This document shows positions 62,049-64,000 of a stretch of DNA of 64,000 bases, one piece after another; the stretch's first letter is position 1; every line of letters begins with the position of its first letter. This DNA comes from Oopsacas minuta (lineage: Eukaryota > Animalia > Porifera). The notes under the pieces are model-generated. The model had not been told where the DNA came from and did not search any database. It was given only the letters and a program-made list of their open reading frames with translations. The DNA lies in NCBI GenBank assembly GCA_024704765.1, contig JAKMXF010000332.1:726018-790017 (forward strand), read 5' to 3'. Position numbers and translations under genes: made by a program.

Positions 62049-64000
62049 TATTTTGTTCTTCCCACGGTGATACACCCTCTCAACCCTCCCAAGTAAATGC
62101 CACAATGCACCGGAACCGACAGATTTTGGGCTCGTGGAACTGATAAATATCTCAGGATATTCCTTTTTAATCGTCCACTTAGGTACTTCATCTATCCTCA
62201 AATCCTAGGGAAAAATTCGAATAGTTATCCTACAATTGCTCCTGCCTAGCTTTTGAAAACATCTCTATCATCTATTAGAAATATGTACAAAAGGTGTGAA
62301 AATATGATAAATTATGTAAATATAATTTAAAATGACAAATTTGGAATCTATATACTCGATTACTCCTAGATAGTAGTTACAACGAAATCTCTTGTTTGAT
62401 TTGAAAATAGACAGGAAGGTGTGAAATATGATCAATCATATGATATATTATTTAGATATAGAATTGAAATTGTGAAATTTGAAATCCACATGCTTGATTA
62501 CTCCTTAATAGCAGTCAAAACGAAATCTTTAGGATGATTTTGAGTCATGTAAATGATGTGAAAATTTGAGTATTTATTTGATGAATCTGAAAATTTGTGA
62601 CTTTCAGGCTCAAATTCTAAAAATCGCATTCTACGCCCCCAATTACCCTGACATCATGTTGAATCCTAATCTCTAGTTGATTTTGTAATTATATAGAAAG
62701 GTGTGAAAATATGATTAATCACTAAAAAGTTGTGAAATATTCAAGAAAATAATGAAGTGGACAAATCTCCGACCCAATATGTATATGTATGCAATTTTCA
62801 TGTTCATTCGAAGACTGGATTTCGCACAGCCGCGCGCGGATGGACTTACGGATGTACGGAACTCGCACATCGTCCATGCCATTAGGGCACTCCCTATAGG
62901 AGCTGCACAAAACGAGGTCTGATAATCTCATTTTGTAACGATTTGCTGTCCAGATTCATCCTCAAATGGAGAAAGAAGAAGTATTGGGTTAAATTGACAA
63001 TGAGTTGAATGCTTCTACTTCACAAAATCGAGATCTAGGCGAATTACCAGTAGCAAAGTAGCTCAATTAGTAATTGAAATATCACTACATATATCGAACA
63101 CAGATAATCACGAATGAAAGTGATGTTGTCCACCCTGAAGTTTGAACTCACTCGCTGAGCAGATAAGTGAAAGGGGGAATTTATTGGAAACCATTTATCT
63201 AATCTTACTTAGCGTTCCTCAACATCTGTAGAGGGAGAGCGAGTATTTTATTCTTCGCATACCTTTGCAATACATTTAGAACTAGGCTTGGCGATAAAAC
63301 GCTTGATATCCTTTGCTTTATACGTAGAAATCAACCTCACCTCGAATGAACACAAACTAACGATTTTTCAGTATTTTCTTTACTTCATATTATTACACTT
63401 CAGTATTTTCTCTACTTCTTATTTATTACACTAGGGTATATTGTTTCTTTACTACCATTCATGTAATGCGAACTATTCAACCCGGGATTAGTACATCTCT
63501 TCTAGGATTGCAAATCCTAGTAAAATATTACATTAGAGAGAACCTTTAGAATTAATGTTGATTTCGTTTATTACTATCACGAAATACAAATCATGAATTA
63601 CAGATTATGAACCTGGACAGTAGTTATGTTAGAAAAGAATCCCTGGACAGTTAGATAGTATGATTACTCTTCAGTGTACCATTGCGCATTGAATGATTGC
63701 AGAGAACAGTTGGATTACGGAGGCATAATTTCCAACTCTTGTTATTGAATCCTAGGAACTGGGTTAAACTTCATACACATTTCCAGAGCTCTTGAACCCC
63801 TAAACGTTTGCTCGCTCACTATGTTCAAAAGTTGATAATCAAGTGCCTAATGCAAATACTATGGAATCTCCAATTCACCCACTAACATTTAACTTAAGAT
63901 AACCTCCAATGCAGTTGACCCACATTTCAGAACGGCTTGAAGAAGATGTATTTGTAACATATGCTCAAATTTCATCTCAACAGGGATTTTTGCACTTTTT

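Noticed and set aside
63050-63170. tRNA-like A-box (tagctcaattagta) and B-box-like sequence
   Set aside because: The boxes are on opposite strands and no cloverleaf can be formed.
1-64000. Hammerhead ribozymes at CTGATGA occurrences
   Set aside because: The sites I inspected by eye lack a properly placed GAAA and flanking stems.

Overview
AT-rich eukaryotic (probably animal) genomic DNA saturated with transposon remains. Only two host genes are recognisable, both in long uninterrupted exons: a ROGDI homologue (minus, 1567-2319, 5' end unresolved) and a DHX33-like DEAH helicase (plus, about 44456-46429). The rest is a patchwork of Tc1/mariner-superfamily elements (DD34D mariner, DD34E Tc1, DD37D maT, DD41D rosa/Visitor, pogo), hAT/Buster, Chapaev3, THAP/P-like, Gypsy LTR, KDZ (CxC-type) and Helitron-like fragments, plus several long palindromic MITE/foldback elements. 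The strongest result is an approximately 8.25 kb inversion (about 18265-26515) that can be reconstructed from sequence alone: flipping it restores four split elements (mariner, DD41D, Chapaev3 with its TTA target duplication, and the Gypsy RT frame). A second 9 kb nest (about 52740-61750) records successive insertions into one old hAT gene. There is a 913 bp N gap (58441-59353). I found no prokaryotic operon, CRISPR, rRNA or tRNA gene, and no demonstrably new host-encoded system. Family assignments come from motif recognition, not database searches.
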